From Octopus sinensis (taxonomy: Eukaryota): a stretch of DNA of 64,000 nucleotides. Below the pieces are notes generated by a model, which did not search any database, was not told the DNA's origin, and was given only the letters and a program-made list of their open reading frames with translations. The position numbers were made by a program, and so were the translations under genes. Location of the stretch: NCBI RefSeq assembly GCF_006345805.1, contig NC_043007.1, positions 52,142,001 through 52,206,000 on the forward strand. Direction: 5' to 3'. Positions 37,706 through 51,625 of this stretch are shown in pieces (the first letter of the stretch is position 1; the number at the start of each line of letters is the position of its first letter).

Positions 37706-39910
37706 CTAAAAATTTAAGATTTTTTTTTCCAAATTTAATGAAAAAACATTTACAACAGAGAAATGAAAAAGCAAAGAAAAGAAATTAAAGCAACTTTCTC
37801 CATCTCCAATCATTTCTCAAGCTTGCAATATCTGATTGGATCTTCTGACTCATTAAATTTTGAATTCAAATCCTGTCATTAAAAAATCACCTTCAATAAA
37901 TTCTGATCAACCCTTGCAAGCAAGGAAAAGTTATTTCAATGATAGAAATAACAGTCGCATTTCCCTCAAATCATACCATACCATCTTTAAGTGTAAGGAC
38001 ACGTTGAAAGGGATCATCATAGCTGGAACATCTTTGTGTTCACTTGAGACTGTGTATCTGTTGAATCATGGCTGGCTGACCTGGGTCTAAACAACAACAT
38101 ATGTAGTCCATACTTGTGGATTAAGAAGATTGGGTCACAATCTACAGTGACCATTGTTATGAAGTTTACCAGCTTTCAATTGGACTCTTAATATATTCTT
38201 CCAGTATAAATAAAATGACCTTTTATCTATCAATACATTACCATGGAAACAGAGAGGTGTATGAAACATAAGTAATTAGCTAGGTACAAAAATAGACAAA
38301 ATCAAAATAATAATGATAAAAAAACTTCCCTGATTATGTGGATTGAAAAATATGAATAGTTGACTGTTGTTAATGAAGACAACAGATAAGTGTTCATATG
38401 TTAATGAGAGAATCTCAACAATTGAATATATTTGAACATATGGTCTGCAGAGTCAGAGTTGAGTTGCAGTTAACAAACATGCTCCCAACAAGCTGAAGGT
38501 TAACTGCTAAATATGGACTGTGTGATAGCAAATAATTAAGAAATATAGAGAGCCTTGTCACCACATAGTTCCTCTCCAAATGGTAATTTCAGTGAACAAC
38601 TATATCTGCTGTTACATAATTGGTGATAAAAACACTTCATAAAAAGTGAATAACTGAACACATTTCTAGTGTAACACTTTAGAACCCTTCTAGCTGTCCA
38701 ATAACACATCCATTATTATATTTTCCCACTCCACGAATCCCAGAATTGATCAAAATTTAATCCTTCTCTAAACCTTGCAAGTATCTTATAACATCTACAG
38801 CTTACTGGTAAACAAAATTAGCTTCCCTTTTTGCCACTCTAAGAAGTTTGTATCATAGAACTAGGTGTAGTCACAAGTAGGTGAGTACCAAAAGGGTAAA
38901 ATGACAGTTCCATGAAAGAGGTGATTCAGTTTCAACATTCAGTCTCAGATCAAGCCAATTCCTAGACAACTTCCAAATGAATAAAAACTGATTTTTACCA
39001 ATCTTTTTCAATTTTATTATTCAGATGACCTCAGTTACAAAATCTACAGTCATTCTTCCATACTCAATAGCTCTTCCATACTCAATAGCTTCTCACCAGC
39101 TCAAATTTCTAGTTTATCAACTCTAGGCGTTGATGGCTGTCTAAAGGTCTAGTTCAACTCTTTCAACCAGCCACATTTTCTAGAGTCTAATATAATATAC
39201 ATGTAGTATCCATTTCAGACCATGCTTTCTTTAATTAACTAATGTTTATTATATTAACAACATCAGACACACAAGTACACATACATACACCAACATAATA
39301 CATGTGAGAAATAACAGGCAATTCATGATGTTTTCAAATGGAAGCATATACTGAAAAATATACTCCCAAATGCACTATGAAAATAAAGCTGGATGGTCTT
39401 GGCTGGAATGCCTTTGATCATAGGTCAGGGGTGATGTCTTACAACATAAAAAGGACAGGGCATGAATTAAACTGGAATGCCATTGATCATGGATGAAAAT
39501 TGGATCAAAGTTATTAAACAACAACAACAGATGGATTCATTTGATTGCATATTTTAATTTCTTCCATCAGACCTACAGACAAACCACTTCCCAAATTAAC
39601 AAACCAATAGTCAGTTAGCTCTTCATGGAGCAAATTTATGGGCAAACTTATTTCAACCAATAATATACAAGGATAGTGTTTCTTTGTGGTGGTTGTTAGC
39701 CCTAGGACTGCTCTGAATATGTAGACCTCCAGCCACGACCATCCTGTATTTGCAAATCTGGGTTTACTTTGTTTGTTTCTTTAAGATGTCAAGTTGTGAT
39801 GCAATAAAAATCAGCTACATCTATGTAATGTATAGTTGCCTCTCTGATTATGTATTTAGGGTTCCACAGCTGTAGGTGATAGTGCAATAAGAAAATAATG
39901 AGGAACTTAC

Positions 39911-40118
39911 TTGAAAGGATGTCCATCACCAGATTTCTGGACTGCTTGCATGATGTTCTTGTAAACACGAAAACTGAGAGTGACTGCCAAAATTGCCAGG
40001 GACAGATAAGCAATAACAGTGAGTACTGAGTAGATTGCCAAGGAGAGGAGAATAAAGAGCATGCTGCCAAAGACCACAGCTGTTTTCTTGACATCTCTCC
40101 AGTAGATGAGATCCAAGA
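39911..40118 (-). CDS. RTN: Reticulon, first RHD exon (208 nt): (V)[68 protein letters not shown](K)
   Basis: Translation shows the reticulon DLIYWRD...KSxxGHPF signature. Acceptor is ttccttcag| and donor is |gtaagt. The exon enters in phase 1 and exits in phase 2. The 208-nt length matches the conserved RHD exon. Confidence 0.97.
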
Positions 40119-40420
40119 CTGAAGGAAATGAAAAAAGAAAAACAAAAAATAGTAAATTTGTTACAATTTTACTTAGAAATTTTTTAAGAAATGGATATTG
40201 CAAATGATATAGGAATGGTTTTTTATGTTGTTGATACTAAATTACCAAAATAACTGATTAATGAAAAGACCTCGAACTACCTCAGAATTTAACTAAGAAG
40301 GAGAAAGTTTTTTCTTGAGCAAGAGTATTATTAAAAGGTTCTATAGCTAACTCTCAAAACATTTTCAGAAATGGTATTAAACAGAAATATTGGAGATATT
40401 GAGAGAGAGAGAGAGTGAGA

Positions 40421-40497
<77 letters not shown>

Positions 40498-41795
40498 GAC
40501 AAAGGTGTAGAAACAATGATGAATTTCAGAACTTCATTATTCCAAAAAAATTAATAATTATTATTGGAAATGAAAAAGAAAAAAAAAGTTAATACAAAGA
40601 TAAAAACTAGACCAGTAGTGTATTTGATAAATGTTTAAAATAGAAGCTGTGCACCAATGTGTGTATGCAGACATGGCTGTGAAGTTAAGAAACATGTTTA
40701 GAAGTAATTTCTATGTAATTAAAAATAATGAAAGAATTTATAATCAATTTAAGGAAACTGCATAATGAAGAACTTCAATGACTTGCAGCAGATCAGTGAA
40801 GCAGCATTAGATGAGAGTGGATCAAATGAAACACATTATATAAGATGATTCTTATATATTTATAAATCAATGTTCTAAAACAAACCAGTAAAAACCCAAC
40901 CATGTATTTTATTTCTCTTGAAATCAAAAGATTGCTTTTTCATAACAAATGGAATTTTTTAATCCAATTTTCCATTGTAGTAGTTCCCATTCATCCTTAA
41001 ACAATTGCAATTTTAAAGCACAAATATTAGTGTTGTTAAAACAGCCTGACAAAACTAAACACATGCATATATAAGAAAATTCCTTGGTTACAACAATATT
41101 TCATATTCAAATAAAACAGAGGAGTAGTAATGGTCAGTTTTGTCAGCAATTGTTAATACAAAAGTTTCACAAAATGGAAACTACAACTATCATTTAAGCA
41201 ACATGAATAATTAAGTATGTTGTATTACAGAATTGTTTCTATCGTATAATTTGAGCCTATACTGCCTCTGCAATGCAACTGTAAACCAGTGGTTAGTTTA
41301 TACACTATCTGCATACACCTGTGATAAAATACTCATCTTTCATTCGCATGATGCCTTTCAGGAAAAATACCATTTCACCTAGCAGTGAAGTATATTGTGG
41401 TTTTTAACACTATACACTTTAAATGGATATTTCTGAAAGAAAGAAAATTTCTAATAACGTGTAGTGGCTAACACATTAAGTATGTCATTAAGGTTGTATA
41501 CACATATACAAACATATATTCATATGTATACATACATACACACAGACACACACATATATACACATGTACATACATATATACACACACACACACATATACA
41601 TACACATATATACAATATATATATATACACACACACAAATATATACATATAAACATACACACACACATATATATATACATATACACATATATATACACAC
41701 ACACACATACATATATGTATATATACAAATATACACACACAAACACATATATATATACACACATGTATATATATATATATATATATACACACATG

Positions 41796-41829
<34 letters not shown>

Positions 41830-41919
41830 ATATGCACACATTTACATATACACCCACACATGCATATATATGTATACCCCCCCCCCCACACCATATATAT
41901 ATATATATATATATATATA

Positions 41920-44425
41920 CAGGCATACCTCAGGTTAAGTCATTTCAAGTCATTCTTAATTATACATTAGTTTTCAAAATTAATAAATGGAAAAATAAAA
42001 ATCAAGTCAAGTCATTTTACTCGACTTTACATCTGTCTGCCACAAATATTGGAATCGTAAAATCATTAGAAAACCATTAAAGGCACATAAAATCACGTTA
42101 CTGTACAATAAATATAAATAAAAGCATATGAAATCACATTAAAATTCGTACAATAAATGTTAAGATACACACTATAAAGTAGTGTAGCTTAGTGAACGAA
42201 ATCATGAAATCAGCTGTGTTGTTTTCCAGAGCTCATATTGCACTGTAGTTCTAATATCTACCATTTGGCATCGTTATCACTTGTGATTCCCACTATTGTT
42301 TTGAATTCAGATTTGTTTACATCTGTTTATTGACTACTTTCTCATTCTCATTCATTTTTGACTTTATTTTTTACCCCCATGGTGCCCAAGAAAATTCATA
42401 GTGAAAGTGTTAAGAGTCATACTATAATGCTGGAAGATAAACTGACTATGATAAAATGCCATTGAAAAGGTGAAAAAGTGGTAGCAAAAGCACAATCTTT
42501 TGGGATGAGTTGGACAACTGTATCGATGATTGTACATTATAAGGACAAGATTTTATCAAATCTGAAACCCCAGGGATGAAGAACACTCTCATCAAGAAAA
42601 GAGGCAAAATCTTTGAAGAAATGGAAAGTTTTCTTTTTCTTTGGATTGTTAGGTTGAATAGTCAACAAATCATTCAAGAGAAAGCGTTGTCTTTATTTGA
42701 GGACCTGAAGAGAAAAAATATCCAGATGAAAAAGATGGAGAGTTCAAGGCAAGACAAGAATGGTTCATAAGATTTAAGGAGCAAAGAAGTTATCACTCCA
42801 TTAAGAAGCAAGGTGAAAGTGCATCAGCTGATGAACAAGCAGCAGCAGCATTTCCTAATGCATTAAAGAAAATGAGTTTCTTCTCAAACAGATTTTTAAC
42901 ACAGACAAAACTGGATTGTATTGGAAAAAATTGCCAGACTGTTCATTCATTTCCAAGGAGGAGAAAACTATTCCAGGCTACAAGGTCTCAAAAGAATATG
43001 TGACCATTATGTTGGAAGGTAATTGTGCAGGAGATTTTCAGTTAAAGTCATTGCTTGTGTATCATGCACACAACTCCGTGCCCTGAAGAACATACCCAAG
43101 GCATCTCTCCCTGGAATATGGATGGCTAATTCAAAATCATGGGTTACTGTTGTTGTTTTTAAAGATTGGTTCTTCAATCACTTTATTCTAGCAGCAGTGA
43201 GGAGAAAGAGATTCCTTTTAAGGTTTTACTTATCTTAGATAATGCTTCTGGCCACCCACAAAACATCATAGATTTTGACCCCAACGTTATTATCATATAC
43301 CTCCCTCCGAACACCACATCTCTTCTGCAACCAATGGATCAGGGAATAATTGCTATCTTCAAGCATTACTATATGAAGCATACACTGTGGCAAGCAAACT
43401 GATCTTGATGAGTCTATCACACTTCGTTACTTTTGGAAGCGATATATCTACAAAGCAGAACATAGCAGTGGCATAAAATGATGTACAGGGCACGGCTATG
43501 AATGGTGCATGAAGAAGCTATGCCTGCAATTCGTGAATGATTTTAAGGGATTTGATAATGCTGCCATCAACAAAATGTTGGTGACTACAAGCAAAGAACT
43601 AGAAATGGATTTGGAGGAGGAGGATTTCACAAATTTATTTGTAAAAGACAAGCGGCTCCTGATGAATGAGGATTTGATAGAGCTTCCCGAACAGCAAAGT
43701 AAAGAAGAGGAAGTCGAATCTGAGCCACATCACTTTACCATTAAGAAAATGCAGCAAGCATTTGCATATATCAAAAAAGGTCTTTCTATGTTTGAGGATA
43801 TGGATCCAAATACTCAATGCTTTTCCAAGATTATGGGGGCTTGTTATGAGCTTTTGCTCCTTATAATGTAATCCTTGAGGAAAAGAATACAGTTCAAGGA
43901 ACTCTCAACCAGTTTTTTAAGCACATTGAACAACTAGAAAAGCCAGAGTCAGCTGTTAATGTTGACGATTCACAGCCATCTACATCCGCCATGTAAACCA
44001 TCAAATTGTATGTACATATTGGTAAATTTAAAATAATTTAGTTTTTTTTATTATTGCAAAATAATAATTACTGAATTTGTTTTTTAAGCTTAAAAAAGGC
44101 TTTTATTTTACCATGTTACAAACCACATTCATAAATAAAATGTCTGTGATGCACAGTAAACACCACCAAATTGTATTCGTAAATTTAGATTGCTTTTTTT
44201 TTTACTGTATTGTATTAAAAAATAAAAACTATTTATTTGTAAGAATAAAATAGGTTTATAATAACCATGTATTATTGAAAATGCATTCATAAATAAAGTA
44301 CAGAACTCGGAATGGTTATTATCGGCTTAGCCTAGAGGCAAGTAAATTCATCCTAGCCTAGCCTAGAGTTAATTTGACTTAAGTCGCATCTCCTGGAACC
44401 AATTAATGACTTAGGGTGAAGTATG
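41920..44425 (+). mobile_element. Tigger/pogo DNA transposon, decayed
   Basis: Left end TA-caggcatacctc...ttaagtcatt; right end ...aatgacttagggtgaagtatg-TA. Transposase from ATG 42379 shows the CENP-B-like HTH, FNTDKTGLYWKK, LLILDNASGHP and YLPPNTTSLLQPMDQGII. Confidence 0.93.
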
Positions 44426-44841
44426 TAGCTGGAACAAGGAAGACATGTTCTTATTTGTCTCCTGTCCTAGCTTGATTCACGCATTCGCCACAACAACCTC
44501 GTTTAGGCTTAGCAGCCCTTCCTGTTTGTGTTACCAATTTTGACCCTCCACAAAATCCCAAATTTTATTTAATTTGCTTTGCAGGAGCAACTGCTTTATC
44601 GAAAGCGATATTGTTGTTAAATGCTCAAAATAAGAGACTAGAAAAACAGCCAACAACTGATGAAGGGTCATTCTTTATGCTGTTGGTTTGTTTTGTTTTC
44701 CATTTGTCTTTTGTTGTTTGAAAGAATAGTTCATGTTCCATGTACTCGTGCTTTGTCTTTTTTTTTATTGTACACATTTCATGATGTCCTGTGCCCACAT
44801 ATGCATATATACATATAGATGTAAGTATGTATATATACGTA

Positions 44842-44918
<77 letters not shown>

Positions 44919-44934
44919 TATATATATATACAGG

Positions 44935-45110
44935 GAGAGTTTATGAAAAAAAAACAAAAGACGAAGACAGGTGGTGTACAAAACAAACAGATGTATTAGT
45001 ATAACGCTCAGGAACAGAAAAAGTCTTTTATGTTTCAAGCCTACGCTCTTCTACAGAAAGGGACACAGAAAAAACAAGGAGAGAAAAAATGTGTGTAGTG
45101 GCTAACGATC
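44935..45110 (-). mobile_element. Short PLE-terminus-like repeat with a hammerhead-like motif (related copies at about 49870-50010 +, 60080-60190 +, 15080-15145 +)
   Basis: Shared ...ctaatacatctgtttgt...cacc(a)cctgtctt...tttttgttt blocks next to TA repeats; the hammerhead-like core is at 45025-45060. Confidence 0.55.
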
Positions 45111-45149
45111 GATATATATATATATATATATATCATATCACAAAAGTGA

Positions 45150-45910
45150 CTGAAGTTAGTACCAGCATTGTTAGAAATAAGAGTTAAAACAACTCTTAGT
45201 CATGAGAACATACTTATCTTATTGACTTCATATTTGTTTAATGCTCCTCAGTGGATCTTACCCGGCAGCCTAGGGTTAAGCTCACTCCCCATATCAGTTT
45301 ACAAGAGATACCACAGAACTCCCACGTTGATTTCATAAATAGTAAAAGTGAAAATTATAGATAATTAAGGTGGTTTGTTCGCAATTTAGCAACTGAAAGG
45401 TAGAATTATAGATGTCACTAAAATGACCAAGAGAACTAGTTAGCACCAGCCTTGCAAGAAATAAGAGTCAAAACAACTCTTAGCCATGATAAGGTGCTTA
45501 TCTTATGACTGACAAGGAGGGAGACAGGCTCCCTACAACGTCTGTTGCATAGCCATATTACCAATGAGTTCACATTTGATTAATGCTCATCAGTGGTTCT
45601 TACCTCGCTGTCTAGCAATGCTGGTGCTAAGTAGTACCCTTAGTCACTTTAGTGATGTTTATAGTTCTGCCTTTTGGTTGTTAAATTGCAAATAAGACAC
45701 CTTTATTATTTATAATTTTTACTTTTACCATTTATGAAATCAGCATGGGATTTCTACGGTAACTCCTATAAACTGACAAGATGAGCAAGCTTAACCCTAG
45801 GCTACCAAGTAAGAGCCACTGATGATCATTAATGAAATGTGAAATCACTGGTGATCTGACTATGCCCGAATGTTATGGAGAGCCTGCTTCCCTTGTCAGT
45901 CATAAAATAA
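45150..45910. repeat. 342-bp unit repeat: about 1.6 direct copies plus one inverted copy, each with a CTGA(T/G)GA...(G/C)AAA core
   Basis: Cores at 45245-51 (-), 45587-93 (-) and 45819-25 (+); 45617-45910 is the reverse complement of the unit. Confidence 0.8.
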
Positions 45911-47601
45911 GTGGGGCCCCTGGAAGGGATCCTTATATGTATATATCTAATATATTTCATTTTAACAGCCAAGGAAAATAACCCATTCATTTTCCTAAAT
46001 AATTTGGTATAAATCAAATCGAGCATGCTTATTTCTTAGTATTTGAACTGTTAGGGTTATTTTCACAATTTATCCAGTACAATCCTTAAACAAGTAAATA
46101 GTATTTTTTTAAACAATAGATCCACTTATTTTGGTTAGTTACTTATTCACGAATATGCCACGACTAGCACCGCTGAGGGTAATATTCTCTGGGAATGCAT
46201 AAAAGCCTTTTTCAGAGTTATTTATTTTGAATCTGATTAGCCTGTTATTATGTAACATGCTTCACGATTTTAGTATACTTACCTTAGTATTTCCTCCTAA
46301 GTTCTATATACTCTGGGAATGCATTAAAGCCCGTTCCGGGGCTACTTTATTTGAATTCTTAATATTGGGTAACTAATTTCATGTTATTACGTTGACTTCA
46401 CAATTTGGGTATTCATAACTTATTGGAAATTCCTAGAAACAAGATCCTGTGTAAGACAGTTTGGTATTCTCTGTCAATGCACAAAAACCATTTAAAGAGC
46501 TACATACTTTGTATCATTGTTATTGGATTAGCGAAACAATTGCCGGGTATGTCAGCTAGTACATACATATGTACACATATACACATACATTCATTCTCTC
46601 TGCTGTAACTGGTGGCTAGACATTTAAAATTAGTGCTTAAACTGGTTACCTTTCTTCTAAAAAATATCTCTACATTCAGAGGATTGACAGAATCAGTGGA
46701 GCAACAGATAAAATACCTTCTGTTATTTGGCCACATTCTTTTACATTCTGAGTTCATATCCTGTCCAGTTCTACTTTATCTTTCATCATTCAAGGCCAAT
46801 ACAATAAAGTAGAGGGGTCAGTATGAAGTGATACCCCAGTATAGCAATAGTTCATGACTGCGCCCTTCGCTACCATCAAAAAGAACAAAAACAAACACAG
46901 TAAACATTTCAATAAATTTAAGGAATTTGTGTTTTGAAAAGGACTTTTAATTAATGCATTTTAAGTATGAATATTTCCTTTTGTTTTGATGTTTTATAAA
47001 ACCAAAGCTAAGTCATTGCCAGGTGTATCTGTGTAGTCACTGCTAATCCACCCAACATATCTTCTAACTAATAGCCATATAACAAGTGAAAGGAACTATT
47101 AATTCACAATTACATGATGATGATGATGATATATTTGTTCACATTGACATCAAAAACTACTTTTAAACCACCATATGTTAAAGTTCTGTAAGGAAACTGA
47201 AATAAAGTCAAGATTAAATCCCCAACTCCTATTTAACTGGGACTTTATCAAGCCTGAAAGGATGAAAAGCAAAGATGACTCCAGGACATGAAGGGATGTA
47301 ACAAATTAACACAAAGCATTTTGTCTGCTGTTGAAACAATTCAACCCACTGGGTGACTTGAACAATGGAACTATGAAAAACCAGTAGTAATGTGCCTACC
47401 TGATAATTTAATAATACAGTCCAGGTGAGAAACATCATCTCATTAATAATAGATTAGGCTTTAATGAAAAGACAACACAAAGAGGAAGTAGTAAAAAGAG
47501 GGAACCAATGAAGAAAGTATCTAATGTAAGGAAGCTCAGATTGCTTCTAAGATAGACATATCCACAAGACTGCTTCTAAGATAGAACAAATGCTGTGGAA
47601 T

Positions 47602-48866
47602 GTTTATCATGTTTACAAATATCCAAAAATGTATGTAACACACAGACAGACATTTATTCCTTTTGTTCAGGTAACAATATTGTTACCACAGCTATTCCTA
47701 ATGTCATCGTTGTTGTCACTATCAATATCATTATCATCATCATGAAAAATGCAGGGAGGAAATCTATAGATAATATTATTAGAATGAGGGAAACTGAGGG
47801 AAAACGGGAAAACTTCAGAACTTTCTATTTTGGTGACATTATTTAAAATATATCGCAGTATTATTTGGTAGAATAATGAACAAAGGTCATGGATGGAGGA
47901 TATCTATTATATGAAGGGCAACATTTTAATACTCACAGCTTGCATAGAAAGTGATTTTATAAAATGTCAAATGATACTACCCACCTCTTTAACTAAAGCA
48001 GTAAATTATCTGAATTAGTTTGTAGATATTAGGCAGTAGATGATGGTGATAGTGGTAATATCAACTCCAACTTGACACCAGTTTCCCTCCAGGTGATTTG
48101 CCAACTCTGAGACAGTGCAGTCTTGATTCTCATATAAATTCACAGACATAAGTCATGCAGACCTGACAACCAGGGTTGAATATTCCCACTGGGTTATAGA
48201 AAAATAAAATGCAGTGACAGGTTGATCTGTTCAACAAAAACAGTGGCCTGCAAATTTTAGTCATCTTTGATAATCTGGATGATGGGTGTAAAGATCCATA
48301 TAGTGACTTGTTTGATATATGGTTGACATAAGAGATGTTAAAGGCCTTGTGCAGAAGTTGAGTGTATGTGCCATAAAGCAGAACAGATTCTACTGGCATA
48401 GTTTTAGGTTGTGTGACAGTTGTGGTGCTTTACAAATTGTCCATAGCTTGTCTGATGCAGACCATGTTATTGCTTTATGAATGTTAACATATGTACTGGG
48501 TCAGCAAATACAAGAGCCCAGATAGCAGAAATTGACAGTTGACTCAATGGGCCCCAATGGAAGTGTAAGATAACACACAACAGCATTTTTACCAAAGACT
48601 GCGGTCTTTGTCTTCAAATGGTTTATGGAGAGACCAAATTCAATGACAGCCGACTTCCAATCTCACCACAGCTCACCAATATTCCAACTGATGAAATTAC
48701 CTTTGATGAAATATTAACATGATGATGATGATGGTAATGATATTGATAGTGACAACAACGATGACATTAGGAATAGCTGTGGTAACAATATTGTTACTTC
48801 AACAAAAGGAATAAATGTCTGTCCATGTGTTACATACATTTTTGGATATTTGTAAACATGATAAAC
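47602..48866. repeat. Near-perfect about 145-bp inverted repeat (47602-47744 / 48718-48866) enclosing about 970 bp
   Basis: By-eye alignment shows 4 substitutions plus a short indel in the CAT repeat. Confidence 0.92.
48130..48700 (-). mobile_element. Old RTE-like LINE remnant
   Basis: FCYLGS...KAITWSASDKLW...VESVLLYG...LLHKAFNISYVNHISNKSLYG, broken by stops and indels. Confidence 0.65.
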
Positions 48867-49589
48867 TTTGGAAATTCATTGAAAAACAGAAATGATGTAA
48901 ATCATTTGATATTTAGTAAAAAAGACATTCATAAAAGTCCTTCAACCTAATAGAAATAGCAGCTAAATGACCCTCAAAACATACCCTGCTATCAAAGGAA
49001 ATTCACATAATATAGTTCTTGAGACATTGTGTCTGAGAATAATAGAGAGTTATGGCTGGAACAATTATGATCACAGATTGAGTGGGCAGAAGACACTTCC
49101 TGTCAGAGACTGACCAAAGTAACAAGAAGAATATTTTTATCTAGTTAGAGATGTGATAAGGTAGCAAAACAAGCAATTATTTTGCCCTCCAACCCAGCTA
49201 CTATGCAGGTTTTATGGGAAACAACAAAGCCCTCGATATTTTTGTTTTCTTACACTTGATCAATGTTAGACTAATCAATTTTAATATGATCATCTAGACA
49301 TTATTAACCACTTAATTGCAAAGTGTGTGTCAGTGGAGCAGAATTCTTGTGGCCTATCAAAAGGTACAAAAACAATGTGCTAGGATTTGAACTCGTATCA
49401 AAAATCTTAACTCAGCTTGCTGCCACATAACTATGTGATTTGTACTGTCTGTCTGTCCCTCAAACATCCACCTCCCATAGGTGATATTTGTACATTCACA
49501 AAACCACATAAATTCTGCATGGCTGACAATATCTCCAAATTAAAGCTGAAAGGCAATAACCCAATGTCTATATCTAATGAACAAAGTGC

Positions 49590-49734
49590 AGGCATGGCTG
49601 TGTGGTAAGAAGCTTGCTTCTCAACTACATGGTTCTGGGTCCGGTCCCACAGTGTGACACCTTGGACAAGTGTCTTCTACTATAGCCTCGAGCTGACCAA
49701 AGCCTTGTGGTAGATGGAAACTGAAAGAAACCTG

Positions 49735-49772
<38 letters not shown>

Positions 49773-50250
49773 TTGGGGTTAAAGACATTGCATGGGCTTT
49801 CGCTTTATCAAGCGATGTTGGGGGGAGGGACAAACACGTGTGTGTGTGTGTGTGTATATATACACAATGGGCTTCTTTATGTTTCCGACGAAGAGCTCCA
49901 TTCGAAACATTAAACCCTCCTTCTTTCCTGAGCGTCCAATAATACTTTATTTGTTCCACGTCCTCGTGTTGTTGTGTTTTTTTGTTTTTTTTGTGTTTTC
50001 TTGTTTGGATTAACTTTATATATATATATATATGTATGTATGCATGTATATATCTGTATGTCTGTCTTTGTGTCTGTGTTTGTCCCCCACCACTGCTTGA
50101 CAAGTGATGTTGGCTTGTTTATGTCCCTGTAACTTAGCAGTTTGGCAAAAGAGACTGACAGAAAAGGTACTAGGCTTAAGAAAAATTTTTTAAAGTCCTG
50201 GGGTCAATTCATTTGACTAAAATTGGCACCAATCAAAATAATTGAAACAA
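49590..50250 (+). mobile_element. Composite SINE copy with a PLE-terminus-like insert in its internal microsatellite
   Basis: Head ggctgtgtggtaagaagcttgcttctc and tail homologous to 53380-53560; insert at about 49870-50010. Confidence 0.65.
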
Positions 50251-51581
50251 GTAAAAGATAAACTTCTTTAGGATTTTTCTCTCTCTCCCTACCCCATCTT
50301 TTCTTGAATGTTTGCAGTCCTCCATGGATCCTAACAACACAGCTACAAATCCTCTAATAGCTTCAGTTGCAATTACATACCCCACCCCCTGGCACCATGG
50401 TAGCTACTTTCCCACCCTCACCTTATGTCATGCCGACAACCTGAAAATACCAAGTAAGACCTCCCTCCTCCGGTAATGGAGATAACCTCGTACCACTTTG
50501 TTTCCACAAGAAATTATTGATAAAATTACTTCTTAATTTAGTGATAACAAAACTTTGTCTTAGAAAGTAATTTTGAATCAGAATTGATACAAGGTAAAAA
50601 TGAGTGTCACTTTATCCCTGCCTCTAGTATGCATGGCATGATAAAGTGAAACCATACCTGCTGTAAAGTGGTTGATGGTAGGAAGAACATCAAGCTGTAG
50701 AAACCTTCACAACAATTGGAGCTTTTATCTGTTTTTGTTGTTGCGTAACAGACACTGACAGAACACAAGAAGTAGCATGATAACATGGGTTATATCCGAT
50801 AATATATTAATAAACTCACACGTTGTTATAATAGATTGAAGGTGTTCAGTTAATTACTATTGTGATAATCAAAGACAATAATTAACATATCCACATTGTT
50901 TCAGGAATGCTGGTAAATATTGTTGACCACACCTTGTCTGTTAAACTGTGTAGACATATTTATAGTGAGTAGAATTTTTAAGACATTTGTGGAAAGTTAA
51001 TTTATCTAATTATATCTTTATAACCAAATATATGAAAAATAAATGATAAAGCCTGTGGTAATATAAGGATAAATGATATTGATGGCAAACAATGAAATAT
51101 GATAACAGAATTCAAAATTTTATTACAGACATCATTGCTATCAGTCACATCTAATTTCTCACTGAAGTGAGACAGGTTCTACCAGGTCACATTTAGAACA
51201 ATGACAAATTGTCAATGCAAAGTTGTTTGTTTTGATTAGAAACTGTGTAGCAAAAACTTATGGATGTTCTAGAAACTTGTTAAGGCTTTCAGGCGATCTA
51301 GAAACATGAGTGTCATAACATAGAAACTTATCCAACAATTAACCACCAGTTGATCGATTAAAAGCGTGCTCATTAAGAGCTACTAAAATCTATTGTTTAA
51401 AATTATTGGTCTAAACTATTTTACCAACTGAAATCCGAAATATTCATTATGGTTAAATAATGATACTTAAAATCAAGCCCAATATAAAAGTACACCTTAA
51501 TATTTAGCTTTGACTGACTCTCAAAATCAATCCCTTGATGACGATTTTAAACCATAACTAGTCTATAAATAATTCAGGAGT

Positions 51582-51612
<31 letters not shown>

Positions 51613-51625
51613 ATATATATATATA

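Noticed and set aside
46270-46300. Strong minus-strand donor-like AAG|GTAAGT at 46283 as an upstream reticulon exon
   Set aside because: I found no convincing acceptor or start codon and no reading frame with reticulon-like content. It sits among short direct repeats, and such hexamers occur by chance.
48686-48712. CTGATGA...GAAA as another hammerhead
   Set aside because: No pairing helices I or II; it lies on the antisense strand of the LINE remnant and is probably chance.
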